Of a stretch of 29,732 nucleotides of DNA, positions 1 through 11,243 are shown piece by piece; the stretch's first letter is position 1, and every line of letters begins with the position of its first letter. Made by a program: the position numbers and the translations under genes. The notes beneath the pieces are model-generated. The model was not told where the DNA came from, did no database searches, and worked only from the letters and a program-made list of their open reading frames with translations. The stretch is taken from positions 1 through 29,732 of the forward strand of contig NW_021827494.1 in the NCBI RefSeq assembly GCF_006345805.1, in the 5' to 3' direction. The stretch is from Octopus sinensis. Its lineage: Eukaryota.

Positions 1-310
1 GAAGAAGAGAGAAGAAAGAAGAAGAAGAAGAAGAAGAGAGAAGAAGAATAGAAGAGACTATGACGGTGATGATGAAGATGAGCGCAAGGAGGATGACGAT
101 AATGGAGATGACGATGATAATGATGCTTATGCTGATGACGATGGTCATAGAAGTGAAGGTGGAGAAAAGAAGAAGAGAAGAAAGAAGAAGAAGAAGAAGA
201 AGAAGAAAAGAAGAAGAAGAAGAAGAAGAAGAAGAAGAAGAAGAAGAAGAGAAGAAGAAGAAGAAGAAGAAGAAGGTGGCGGCGGTGGTGATGGTGATGA
301 AAGCTGAAGT
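1..310. repeat. Compound (GAA)n / (GAT)n-like microsatellite
   Basis: Long GAA runs at 1-55 and 165-275 with a GAT/GGT-rich interval; explains the poly-E/K/R ORF at 60..344. Confidence 0.95.
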
Positions 311-1499
311 GAAAGAAGAGGAAATTCATTTAATTATATTTTAATTAATTTTTTTTATATATTTAATCGAAAGTAAAAAAAAAGAAAGAAATTATTGTTG
401 CGGCAACTTTTATTCTTTTTATTTTTTCATTTTTCTCTTTCTCCCGGTAACTGAAGATTTGTATTAAGAAACATTTAATTCTTTCTTCCACCCATTTCCA
501 TCATTTAATCCGCGTTTCCCAATTCTTCATTTCGATGTCGTCTGTTTAGTTCTGAAAAACGAAAGAAGCAGACGGACGTTTTCAGTTTCAATCATTTACT
601 CTCTCGTCTGCCGCCATTTTGATTCTTATTTTCTGTTTTATTGATCTATTTATTTATTTATTTTTGTTTCTTTTCAGTCTTTTTAATTATATTTCGAAAT
701 TATATATGTTTCTGATCATTATTATTATTATTAGTTTTATTTTCTTACTATTTAACTTAGAACTAGCAATTTTTTTTCTTTCTTTCCATTATAATATTTA
801 CTTCATTTTCTTCTTGGCAAACTTCGAATATTTATTTGTTTTTTTTTTTATATGTTTATATATTTATTCATATTTATTCTATTTTTCATTGGCATTAATT
901 TGAAATGTCATAAATGATAACAGTCAGTGGAAATAAGTCATTTGTTTAAATATTGAACGATATTTAGCGAGCCTGAAAATATAAAATATTTAGACTGTCG
1001 TATAAGAAAATACAAAATACAAAAAAACTAAAAACTAAACAAAAAATGTACTGCTTCCGCAAATTCAGGTTTTGCTACATTCTCAACGTTTCCATTTTCC
1101 ATATTTCATTCCCGTCTATTTTTATTCTTTTCATATTTTTCATATCTTTATATTTTTCTTTCTTTGCTTTATCGTTCTTTCACTTTTCTCATAGGAATGT
1201 TTCATTCTATTCTCGTTGTTTTAGTCTCTTTCGTGCTTTCTTTCATCGTTCTTTTTTCTCTTTTTTTTCGCTTCAAACAAATTGTTATCTATTTCTATAT
1301 TAATCTCCGTCAATGCAAATCCCTCTACTTTTTTTTTTTTTTTTGGTTCTGTCCCTACCAAAAGATGTCTTCGACATCATCTGTTTCTCTGTTTCGAAGA
1401 ACTCACCATTCCATTATCACAATCCATCTTTATTTTCTACTATTTGATGCATATTTTTCAAAATTTCTTTCGCAGCTGGATTTTTTTTCATTTTATGTA

Positions 1500-1709
1500 C
1501 AGGTATAATTATATATGTATATGCATAAATATATGTATATACGCATGCATGCATACATACAGATATATGCGTGAGTATATCTGTATGCGTGTGTGCGTAT
1601 GTGTATATGCATTCATATGTATATATCATACGTGTATACGTGTGTGTATATATATGTCTGTGTGTAAAATTAATACATATATACATATATATAATATATA
1701 TATGTATAG

Positions 1710-1747
<38 letters not shown>

Positions 1748-1830
1748 CTATATATTATATATATTATATATATATATATATACATACTCCACACATTAGC
1801 ATAAATGCACGGCACATGTATAAATAGATA

Positions 1831-1864
<34 letters not shown>

Positions 1865-1902
1865 CATTATATATGTATGTTATATATATATATATACATA
1901 TA

Positions 1903-1940
<38 letters not shown>
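1500..1940. repeat. (TA)n/(TG)n low-complexity tract
   Basis: Degenerate TA and TG dinucleotide runs; the overlapping ORFs are YI/CV-repeat artefacts. Confidence 0.9.
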
Positions 1941-1941
<1 letters not shown>

Positions 1942-2249
1942 AGAGAGATACAGAGGCAGAGACAGACAGACTAAGATTCTTCTTTTATCATTTTTCTTCG
2001 ATCTGCATTAATTTCAAATTACCTAAGCACATATGTGTATATATATGAAAATACATACACTACTTTACATAACTACATATAAATGTTTATTACGTAATAT
2101 ATAATATTGCATAACGATATGTGTGCGTGTAATATGTATTAACCTACAAGTTAAAAACTATTTAAACAGAGTCGTGCGAAGCAACGTTGAATAAAATATA
2201 TGCATGTAGAATATTTTTTAAAACGTTTTTGTATACTTGGACATGCGAA

Positions 2250-2501
2250 ACCTTTTTGCTGCGGAAATGAGCATGAGAGAAAATCTTTTCTCGTGAACAT
2301 GGGGGAATTACATTAACGGATCGTTGGATGCATGCTTTTCTGCGTGGTTATGCGTCATCAGCTACAAATGCGGGATTCATCTTTTACATCCCTATTAGGA
2401 CGTCACACGATCCATTGACATCGTTTATAACCAAATGTGTGTTCCCTTATGTTACTCATCAAGAAAAGTTTTTCCCAAAGTCAATTTCCGCAGCGAAAGG
2501 T
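2250..2501. mobile_element. Old degenerate inverted-repeat element (MITE-like)
   Basis: ACCTTTTTGCTGCGGAAAT (2250-2268) vs ATTTCCGCAGCGAAAGGT (2484-2501) are near reverse complements; weaker complementarity continues inward (e.g. GGATCGT/ACGATCC). No TSD found. Confidence 0.4.
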
Positions 2502-2590
2502 CCCCTCACGTTCGAGTGTACAAGAGCAGGTTAAATATCTTAGTGCATGCATATAAGTAATAGTTAGGTTTCTATTATATTATCACTGTT

Positions 2591-2637
2591 TCTCACTCCC
2601 TTTTCGTTCTCTCTCTGTCTTTCTGTCTCTCTCTCTC

Positions 2638-2684
<47 letters not shown>

Positions 2685-2880
2685 CTTAGTATATATATAT
2701 ATGTGTGTGTGTGTCTGTGTATGCTCATGTGTGGTTATGAATATATGAATTTATGTATTTCTCACTCCCTTCTCGTTCTCTCTCTCTCTCTCTCTCTCGC
2801 TCGCTCTAAGTATATATATGTGTGTGTCTGTCTGTGCATGAGCTCATGTGCGGTTATAAATATATGAATTTATGTATGCT
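2591..2880. repeat. Local tandem duplication containing (CT)n and (TG)n
   Basis: CTCACTCCCTT..CGTTCTCTC..TATATATATG..GCTCATGTG..TATATGAATTTATGTAT occurs twice (about 2591-2760 and 2761-2880) with different CT-run lengths. Confidence 0.7.
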
Positions 2881-2894
2881 TGTATGTATATATG

Positions 2895-2929
<35 letters not shown>

Positions 2930-2935
<6 letters not shown>

Positions 2936-3373
2936 ACATACACACATACATGCATACATACATACATACATACACACATGCATACATACATACATACACA
3001 CACCACATACACACATACATAAGTACATACGTACATACATACATACATACATACATACATACATACATAGATACGTACATACATACATACACACATGCAT
3101 ACATACATACATACATACATACATACATGCATTGCTGCATACATACATACATACATAATACAACATGCATGCATGCATACATACATACATACATACATAC
3201 ATACATACATACATACATACATGCATGCATACATACATACATACATACATATGTACATACATGCATGTATACATACATACATACACACATACATACATAC
3301 ATACATACATACATGCATGCATGCATACATACATACATACATACATGCATGCATGCATACATACATACATACA

Positions 3374-3406
<33 letters not shown>

Positions 3407-3481
3407 GCATACATACATACATACATACATACATACATACATACGTGCATACATACATACATACATGCATACATACATACA

Positions 3482-3512
<31 letters not shown>

Positions 3513-3580
3513 GTACATACATGCATGTATACATACATACATACATACATACATACATACATACATACATACACACATAC
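2930..3580. repeat. (TACA)n tetranucleotide microsatellite
   Basis: About 650 bp of CATA/TACA units with occasional TGCA variants; source of the HTYI/MYVC ORFs. Confidence 0.97.
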
Positions 3581-3949
3581 TGTGGTCAAAACTGCAGTTT
3601 AGCTCTATTTTAAGCCTTCGTCAGAAGCCGTACATTTCTTTTTGTCCAGGAATAAATATGCTTCCAATTACTTCCTATGCACAATGAATATTGAAGAGAA
3701 CTGGATACTTCAAATTGCATAATATTAATCCATCTGTTCTTAGCTAATATTATTAAATACTAAATTGCGCTGAGTTATACGTTAACTACGTATCTATGTT
3801 GAAATAATAGAAACTTTAAATGAAGCTGTATGTTTAAATCCTAGTTATCTGCAGTGTCGAGGGAAGAGTATAGAAACGTATTTGTAGAATTGTATAATTT
3901 GAAGTATTCTCTCTGCGTTCTAAGTTCAAACCACACCAGAGTAGGTTTT

Positions 3950-4247
3950 CTTGTCCCATGAACTATTGGGACATGTGCTCGAGGTCTCTACATAATGTAC
4001 CAAATAATCTGCAAAAACATAGGTGGCTCCTCCATCGGAAGCACCATGGGAAAACTATATATCCGTATCAAAGAAAACGTACAGTGAAACACCAGGAGAA
4101 ATACCAAACTCCCGTTTTTACAGTCACCGTCAAGGCGCAAAGCGTAACATCGATAAATTGAGAATAAGGGTGGCTACCTTCATTGATAGACTGAAGCCAT
4201 CGATTATGACCAGACGATTGCTGGTCAAGACAGATTCGTTATTGTAA
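3950..4247 (+). pseudogene. Degenerate GIY-YIG endonuclease C-terminus of a Penelope-like element
   Basis: Broken frames give MYQIICKNIGGSSIGSTMGKLYIRIKEN (GIY-YIG-like VYxIxC...YIGxT..L..RI.EH) and LRIRVATFIDRLKPSIMTR (LRI.EA..I...KP.IN.R-like end), with frameshifts between segments. Recognised by motif, no search run. Confidence 0.6.
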
Positions 4248-4914
4248 AAAAAAATACAACTATGCGATACCACAATCCTTTGACATACATCTCAGTACAA
4301 GACACCTGCTGAACAGCGGACTCCTGACAAAAAGGAACTAAACTTGAAATAACGACAGGTAAGGTCAAGTGTAAACAATGTTCTGCTTTGCTTTCATCTG
4401 TTACCTTTTCTTTAAAATTTCTGGTCTAGAGTCACAGTTAAAAGTCATTGTTATTTCTGCTGTATCACTTGAAACCGTATATCCCTGTATTCAATTATAT
4501 CTCACTATTGAATACGACTTTCAAGAAATACGACGTTAAAGAAAACTAACAATACCTATTTATTTTTATTGTGAATGTTCTAACGTCATTTCGTTTTCAT
4601 GAACGTCAGAATATAAAGTAGGACACAGTGTTGCAAGTAAGCGCTTTCAATGGTCTCAATGAACTCATAAATTTATTAACGCTCTAATCAGATTTCCTGA
4701 AACTGTTCGAGTCTAGCTATAGAGCTATGCCTCGTTCTGGGCTAAGATCATACCTATACATCTACATACATTTGTAAACATTTATTTGTTGTGTCAGTAT
4801 GTCACTTTATATTTGTATTTGCGTTTCTAATTATATTAGTTGAAGACTGAAAAGTGTGAAGAGATAATTGATTCGACATTTTGATTTGTGTCATGTTGGT
4901 GAATGAGTGCGTGT

Positions 4915-5270
4915 GGAGGCGCAATGGCCCAGTGGTTAGGGCAGCGGACTCTCGGTCGTAGGATCGCGGTTTCGATTCCCAGACCGAGCATTGTGAGTGT
5001 TTATTGAGCGAAATGCCTAAACCTCCCCGCGGCTCCGGCAGGGGGTGGTGGAAAACTCTGCTGTACTCTTTCACCACAACTTTCTCTTATTCTTTCTTCC
5101 TGTTTCTGTTGTACCCGTATTTCAAAGGACCAGCCTTGTCACACTCTGTGTCACGCTGAATCTCTCCGAGAACTTCGTTAAGGGTACATGTGCTTAGCCA
5201 CTTGCCCGTTAGTTTCACGAGCAGCCACGAGCAACTGGAACCCTCGTCGTCGAAGCCGACGGAGTGCCAC
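4915..5270 (+). mobile_element. tRNA-derived SINE
   Basis: tRNA-like head 4915-4990 with A box TGGCCCAGTGG (4925-4935) and B box GTTTCGATTCC (4969-4979), then a non-tRNA body ending GGAGTGCCAC before a TG/TA tract. Possible TCG (Arg) anticodon remnant; resembles cephalopod SINEs from memory. Confidence 0.75.
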
Positions 5271-6712
5271 GATGTGTATGTATATACGTGAGGTTGTGTA
5301 TGGGAACTGGGCGGGTCATGGATATGATTCTGTGTATTATCTTCAGCAATTGAAATGAAACAAATTGAATTGCGAATGCCTTCGATGTGTGTGTATATGT
5401 ACACGCACACCAACGCAAGTACGTCATACATTCACAAACTCCGGCATAGTTTTGCACATACAGCTAGACAAACAGACAGACGGCGTGTCCTAAAGCAAAC
5501 CGAACATTAAAATAGCCCCTCAAACAACTGCATCGCGATCGCAGTGTGGTATATGGACGCCTTTGACATTCAGTTTAATCATGTTTACCTTACTTCGCAT
5601 CAATTAATTATCAATTTACCCTTGTTATAATGAAATTGTGTTTAGGGCACTTCACGAATTGCCACAAGTCGTATAATAAAGGATTTGAAAGGGAAGAGTT
5701 TTGCTGTTCATTTTCGTTTTTGTTTTTTGTTTTTTTTTTTTTTATTGCTGTTGTTGTTTTGTCTTTCTTTTTGTTTTTGTTTTTTCTGTTTGGCTGTTTT
5801 CTGTCAGTTAGAAAATGTTTTGCGGGTAGCTTTGTATTATTACAACACACCTATGAGTGGAGGGATGATAGTTTAAAAGGTAGGCAATGTAACATTGAAT
5901 ACTAAAGTTTCATATAGAGATAAGCGTCCAGCGATGTAATTCTAAATCTAAGAAAGACTTTCCCGTGGCGGAAGACAATTGAATAGCAAAAGTACGAGCT
6001 GTGACCACTGAAAATTGTTAGATGCCTGTCCGTAAAGTTTCTAAAGAAATAAGTTTCTCTATAAGTTCATGCTGCATAATTTTAAATGGAAAATTGAAGA
6101 TGCACCGTTTTGTCGCACAATTTTAAAGACAAAAGGAGAGCCAACTCACAGTCACGTGACAAGACGTAGTGCAAGGCTACAATGTCGATATTAGAAAGAA
6201 GTCGTCGAAGGGGATTAGATCATCGTTGACATTACCTAACAAAAAGACGACATATCTAAGTTCCTCAAATGTTAAAGGTGAAGACAAACACATACAGACG
6301 CACGAGCGAGCACCCACACACACGCACACACTCCGTCCATATATATATATATATATATATATAAGCTGTTACCCTGTGTATTTTGATGTATACATGTATA
6401 TTGATGGTTTAGTGTGAGTATATACTGTTGTGAAATATTTTAATTATATTTTAATTTAAATTTTTATGTATTAATTGTATTAATTGAATTATATTTTCTA
6501 CATAATTAATGACAATATGTATTTGAATCAACTCTTCGATTTAAGGTTTTTCCTCGATTTTTATAGTTTTATATTGAACTCATTTATTTTGTTTTGTTCA
6601 TTTTTTTTATCGCTCGCATATGACCGTTATTTGAAAGGACCAATGAAACAAATCCATTTTTAAAGATGTATCGTTTATGCTAGTTTTGATCAAATTGTCA
6701 TCTCGGTTCTAT

Positions 6713-6771
6713 TTTAACAAAACTGTCCGACGAACGGGAACGTGAAACTCCGAGTAACAGCTTTTGTTAAA
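6713..6771 (+). ncRNA. Type I hammerhead ribozyme motif, family D (U4C core variant)
   Basis: TTTAACAAAACTGT-CCGACGA-ACG(GGAA)CGT-GAAA-CTCCGAG-TA-ACAG(C)TTTTGTTAAA: 14-bp stem I with one bulge, 3-bp stem II with GNRA loop, near-palindromic stem III ACTC(C)GAGT, GUA cleavage triplet (after 6756). Confidence 0.7.
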
Positions 6772-6864
6772 TTTCTGCTGCTTTTAAATAAAGCATATTA
6801 CTCTACCTCTGGTATTTAAGTACTCTTTTTTCCACCTTGTTTCACATTTATGTGCTTACTCCGG

Positions 6865-6923
<59 letters not shown>

Positions 6924-7083
6924 TTATCGCCATACTAATATGGCATTCTTATAAAAATAAGAATAAAAGCTGACCAATTAGCTCCATGAGGCCATCGCCT
7001 TAAGTTAGCTATTTGATACACAAACTGTATCCATATAACCTTTGAACAAGGGAGGTCAGTCGCTCCACACTACTTGGCCGGCA

Positions 7084-7125
7084 GCTACAGACGCGTTTCG
7101 GGGTATTGCCCCTTTTCAATGCAGC
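7084..7125 (-). ncRNA. Type I hammerhead ribozyme, family A copy 1 (U3:A8 core)
   Basis: Minus strand: GCUGCA-UUGAAAA-GGGG(CAAUA)CCCC-GAAA-CGCG-UC-UGUAGC; 6-bp stem I, 4-bp stem II, palindromic ACGCGU stem III, GUC triplet. Confidence 0.85.
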
Positions 7126-7556
7126 GTAGCCAAACCAGTAGGTGTCGCTTCCGACAATCTCTGTTCAAAGGTTTTATTTACCTAGCTTCGGTGGAATACA
7201 TCCACTTGTTTTCAATAATAGAAATATTAAAATCACTAAGTCTCTCTAAAAGAGAACAACGGCAGCGTTCCCTTGTTCAAAGGTTATATGGATACAGTTT
7301 GTGTATCAAATAGCTAACTTAAGGCGATGGCCTCATGGAGCTAATAAGTGGTCAGCTTTATTCTTATTTTATAAGAATGCCATATTAGTATGGCGATAAC
7401 TAATATTTTCCGGGAACGCTGCCGTTGTTCTCTTTTAGAGAGACTTAGTAATTTTAATATTTCTATTATTGAAAACAAGTGATGTATTCCACCGAAGCTA
7501 GGTAAATAAAACCTTTGAACAGAGATTGTCGGAAGCGACACCTATGGTTTGGCTAC

Positions 7557-7596
7557 GCTTCATTGAAAGGGGCAATACCCGAAACGCGTCTGTAGC
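7557..7596 (+). ncRNA. Hammerhead family A copy 2 (imperfect)
   Basis: GCTTCA-TTGAAA-GGGG-CAATA-CCC-GAAACGCGTC-TGTAGC; one stem I mismatch and homopolymer losses relative to copy 1. Confidence 0.7.
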
Positions 7597-7914
7597 TGCC
7601 GGCCAAGTAGTGTGGAGCGACTGACCTCCCTTGTTCAAAGGTTATATGGATACAGTTTGTGTATCAAATAGCTAACTTAAGGCGATGGCCTCATGGAGCT
7701 AATAAGGGTCAGCTTTATTCTTATTTTTATAAGAATGCCATATTAGTATGGCGATAACTAATATTTTCCGGGAACGCTGCCGTTGTTCTCTTTTAGAGAG
7801 ACTTAGTAATTTTAATATTTCTATTATTGAAAACAAGTGGATGTTTCCACCGAAGCTAGGTAAATAAAACCTTTGAACAGAGATTGTCGGAAGCGACACC
7901 TACTGGTTGGCTAC

Positions 7915-7955
7915 GCTGCATTGAAAGGGGCAATACCCCGAAACGCGTCTGTAGC
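7915..7955 (+). ncRNA. Hammerhead family A copy 3
   Basis: GCTGCA-TTGAAA-GGGG-CAATA-CCCC-GAAACGCGTC-TGTAGC; one A short in the core (mutation or homopolymer error). Confidence 0.75.
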
Positions 7956-8274
7956 TGCCGGCCAGTAGTGTGGAGCGATGACCTCCCTTGTTCAAAGGTT
8001 ATATGATACAGTTTGTGTATCAAATAGCTAACTTAAGGCGATGGCCTCATGGAGCTAATAAGTGGTCAGCTTTATTCTTATTTTTATAAGAATGCCATAT
8101 TATATGGCGATAACTAATATTTTCCGGGAAACGCTGCCGTTGGTTCTCTTTTAGAGAGACTTATAATTTAATATTTCTATTATTGAAACAATTGATGTAT
8201 TCCACCGAAGCTAGGTAAATAAAACCTTTGAACAGAGATTGTCGGAAGCGACACCTACTGGTTTGGCTAACGAC

Positions 8275-8315
8275 GCTGCATTGAAAAGGGCAATACCCCG
8301 AAACGCGTCTGTAGC
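8275..8315 (+). ncRNA. Hammerhead family A copy 4 (core intact)
   Basis: GCTGCA-TTGAAAA-GGG-CAATAC-CCC-GAAACGCGTC-TGTAGC; intact U3:A8 core, 3-bp stem II. Confidence 0.8.
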
Positions 8316-8692
8316 TGCCGGCCAAGTAGTGTGGAGCGACTGACCTCCCTTGTTCAAAGTTTAGATGGATACAGTTTGTGTATCAAATAGCTAACTTAAG
8401 GCGATGGCCTCATGGAGCTAATAAGTGGTCAGCTTTTATTCTTATTTTTATAAGAATGCCATATTAGTATGGCGATAACTAATATTTTCCGGGAACGCTG
8501 CCGTTGTTCTCTTTTGAGAGACTTAGTAATTTTAATATTTCTATTATATATATATATATAATATATATAATATATAGAAATTCGGGGTGAGTACTTGATA
8601 ATTATAAGCACCTGTGTATACCGTTTGTGGTGTAGGTGGTGGAGTAAATTGATCAAAATAAAATAAAATAACAACATGATGCGAAGGATTCA

Positions 8693-8772
8693 GCGGTACA
8701 TATGTTTCGGGCGGCCTTTATTAGACAGATTTATAACAATGCATAATGTATGTCTGTGGCCTCTTCAGCCGC
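8693..8772 (-). ncRNA. Type I hammerhead candidate, family C, with extended domain II
   Basis: Minus strand: GCGG-CUGAAGA-[53-nt domain II: GG...CC base, internal ACAGA/UCUGU helix]-GAAA-CAUAUG-UA-CCGC; palindromic ACAUAUGU stem III; canonical core. Stem II base is only 2 bp before a C-C mismatch. Confidence 0.55.
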
Positions 8773-10702
8773 GCACAACAGCTTCCACAAGGACATGTGT
8801 TACATCAAAAATTCTTGGTTAGGGATGCAATCCTCTCATTCACGTACGACATAATGCGGCAGCAGCATAGAATTGAAGCGTCCATCTCTTTCTTCTCTCA
8901 ATGTAGAATGAGGAAAAGTGGATGTTGAGGTAATGTAAATAAATAAATACATATATAGAGGTGAAGAGGAGGGGCGAGAGTTCGGGACGAGGGATAAAAA
9001 AATGTATAAAAAGTGTAAGTATAGAATAATATAAAATGTAGAGGATAAAGATATAAGAGTTGTAAGAGATTTAAAGGGGGTATAAAGAAATATAAAGAAA
9101 TATAAATAAATGTAAAGATAATGTTATAAAGTAAAAATAGAAATAGAAATAAAAGTAAAAAACCTGATAAAAACATGATACAAGTGTAAAAGAATGTAAA
9201 GATAAGGGATGTTAGTTACGTACGGACCAAGCATGGTGGTCAGGAGATTGATAAAATTTAGTTGTATAATTGTCAGTAATCAACATTTCGTCTGGGGACC
9301 TAATGCTTTGTAAATCAGAGCTGATGAGCATTTAATCTGGTTCCTTGAATAAATGGACTTCTAGTACATACATATCATCATGGATACATACACCCACATA
9401 CACGCGTACATATACGCCTCCAAGCCTATAAGCATACACACACGCACTCGCGTGTAAACACGTACATAAACACACAACCCGCACCCACACGCACACGCGT
9501 ACACACATACATACAACAACAGAATATCCGCATGTATACAAACGGACATTATACGCGTACACACACTCACATGTATATACGCGCGCCCCTCACTACATAC
9601 ACACACGTATATGCCCACGCCTCTAGGTCCAGGTATAAGATATTAAAGGATGTGTATAAGAACGTATGTAAAGAATCCCGTACTCATGTCTATACGTGCA
9701 CGCACACACGGCTGTGTGTCCGTATGTGCGTGCACATATACACTCACATACACACACAGAGACACACGCGCACATGGGTATAGCTATAAGATATCGAAGT
9801 ATGCATGTACATATATGCGTGTGCATATGTATGTATGCGTATACACACGTACGCGGACGCTCGTATAGTCAAAAAGTGGATCCATAGGTAAGTAAGTAAA
9901 CATATATGGAGGTGTAAAGCGATAAGTTATGGGTAAGAATGAGGGTATGGGTAAAGATTAGAAATAAAAAATACAGATATAAAATAAGAAATACAATGTA
10001 ATAGTTAGAATGAAATATAAGAATTATAAAAATTATAAAAATTATAAGAGTTAAGGTAAGGGATGAAAATACAAAATGAGAAAAATGGAAGTAGAATAAA
10101 AGTAAAAATAAAATTAAAAATAAAATAAATGGAAGTAGATAAGTAAAATAAAAATAAAAATAAAAATAAAAGTACAAATAAAAATAAAAATAAAAATAAA
10201 ATAAAATAAAATAAAAATAAAATATAATTTGGTAAATTTTAACATGAGATGAAGGTGGTTGAAAGTTAGAGGTGTGTGTTAAACGTAGGGGCGGGCGGGG
10301 GGAACTGAAAATGGAAGGGTGGGAAGTGGAGTTTGGCGGTGTGCGTTCAACATCCGAGTTAGAAATGTGAGGGTATAGATATAGGAATTAAAGAGACTAC
10401 ATAGGGAGGATATGGGTGTAGGAGAAGAAATATTTAGGGAAAGAAGTCATATATGGGAGACAAAATTTGTATATATAGGAGGGAAGCAGGGAACCGTATA
10501 TGCACATACACACACCCACACACACACACACACACGCACATGTACATATATTTATATATTTACACATACGTACACGTATGTGCACATACATATGTACCCA
10601 CACACCATACACATATACACGCACATATAGGAAAGCGGGATGTGCTGGAGCCGACAGGTTGCACCGGGTTGGAGGAAATTGCATGGGGAGTTTGTATAGG
10701 AC

Positions 10703-10857
10703 CTAAGCATTGTAGTATTTGAAAGTATTAATAAGTTTATGTATACAGGATGTTTTGAACTCTGACCTTTTGTTAATAAGATTGTGTTTGTCTTTGAATT
10801 TCAAGATGTTCGGAGTTCTACACAACATAGTTGGCATCCTGCTCTATTATTTAATTT
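10703..10857 (-). pseudogene. C-terminal end of a Penelope-like element ORF
   Basis: Minus-strand translation with one frameshift: KLNNRAGCQLCCVELR / NILKFKDKHNLINKRSEFKTSCIHKLINTFKYYNA*; matches the CxxC...L(L/I)NKRSE...CxH tail I associate with Penelope-clade ORFs. The low-complexity region 8900-10700 would be its 3' UTR. Confidence 0.6.
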
Positions 10858-11243
10858 TTCTTAAGGCTAATAGTAGTAAACATCTGAACTTTTTTTGACC
10901 CCACCTAAAAAAAAAAAAAAAAAAATCACTGGTGGTGATGGTGATGATGGTGATGATGATAATAATAATAATAGTAATAGTGCTGATAATCTATCTATCT
11001 ATCTATCTACACACACACACACACACTCAAAGAGTTCAACCAACACAAACCTCACCTCTATTGTGATGGTGATAAGGATAAAAAAAAACAAATAACATAA
11101 TAAGATACTGCTGTGACTACACATAAAAAAAATATCATTGATGATGATGGTGGTGATGGTGATGGTGATGATGATAATGATGATGGTAATGGTGTTGATA
11201 ATGATGATAGTGATAATAATGGTGATGATAATAACAATAATAA

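Larger units (their letters stand above)
6917..8550 (+). mobile_element. ~358-bp HHR-containing tandem array (non-LTR retrozyme / PLE pseudo-LTR-like), family A, with inverted 5' copy
   Basis: Direct units start at 7273, 7631, 7988 and 8350 (last partial, to about 8548); 6917-7272 is the reverse complement of almost one unit. Each full unit has one HHR; no coding ORF; (TA)n on both flanks. Confidence 0.85.

Noticed and set aside
590-620. Minus-strand AAAATGGCGGCAGACGAGAGA|GTAAAT (Kozak/YY1-like start, MAADER, weak donor)
   Set aside because: Too short to distinguish from chance; no downstream exon identified within the window.
2322-2366. Minus-strand CUGAUGA...GAAA followed by the GCAUGC palindrome
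   Set aside because: Core spacing fits an HHR, but stem II (CGCA/CGCA) and stem I do not pair; at most a decayed relic.
3583-3632. Minus-strand CUGACGA-AGGC...GCU-AAAC-UGCAGU
   Set aside because: G12 is missing and stem I cannot form; possible dead PLE-type HHR but unsupported.
60-3687. Long ORFs such as 2872..3687, 2844..3578 and 1282..1827
   Set aside because: Translations are periodic products of TACA/TA/GAA microsatellites that lack stop codons; the same applies to ORFs at 15791-17420, 23515-24682 and 27359-29387.
4316-4368. CTGACAA...AAG/CTT...GAAA downstream of the GIY-YIG remnant
   Set aside because: Position fits a PLE 3' HHR, but G8 is altered without compensation and stem III does not pair.
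4915-4990. tRNA gene call
   Set aside because: The cloverleaf is imperfect and continues into a SINE body; annotated as SINE.
6917-8550. CRISPR-like array
   Set aside because: Units are full-length near-identical repeats without unique spacers, there are no cas genes, and the context is eukaryotic.
9321-9345. CTGATGAG core-like word (also CTGAAGA at 451 and 27663, CTGACGA at 25586)
   Set aside because: No correctly placed stem II, GAAA, stem III and stem I could be assembled.
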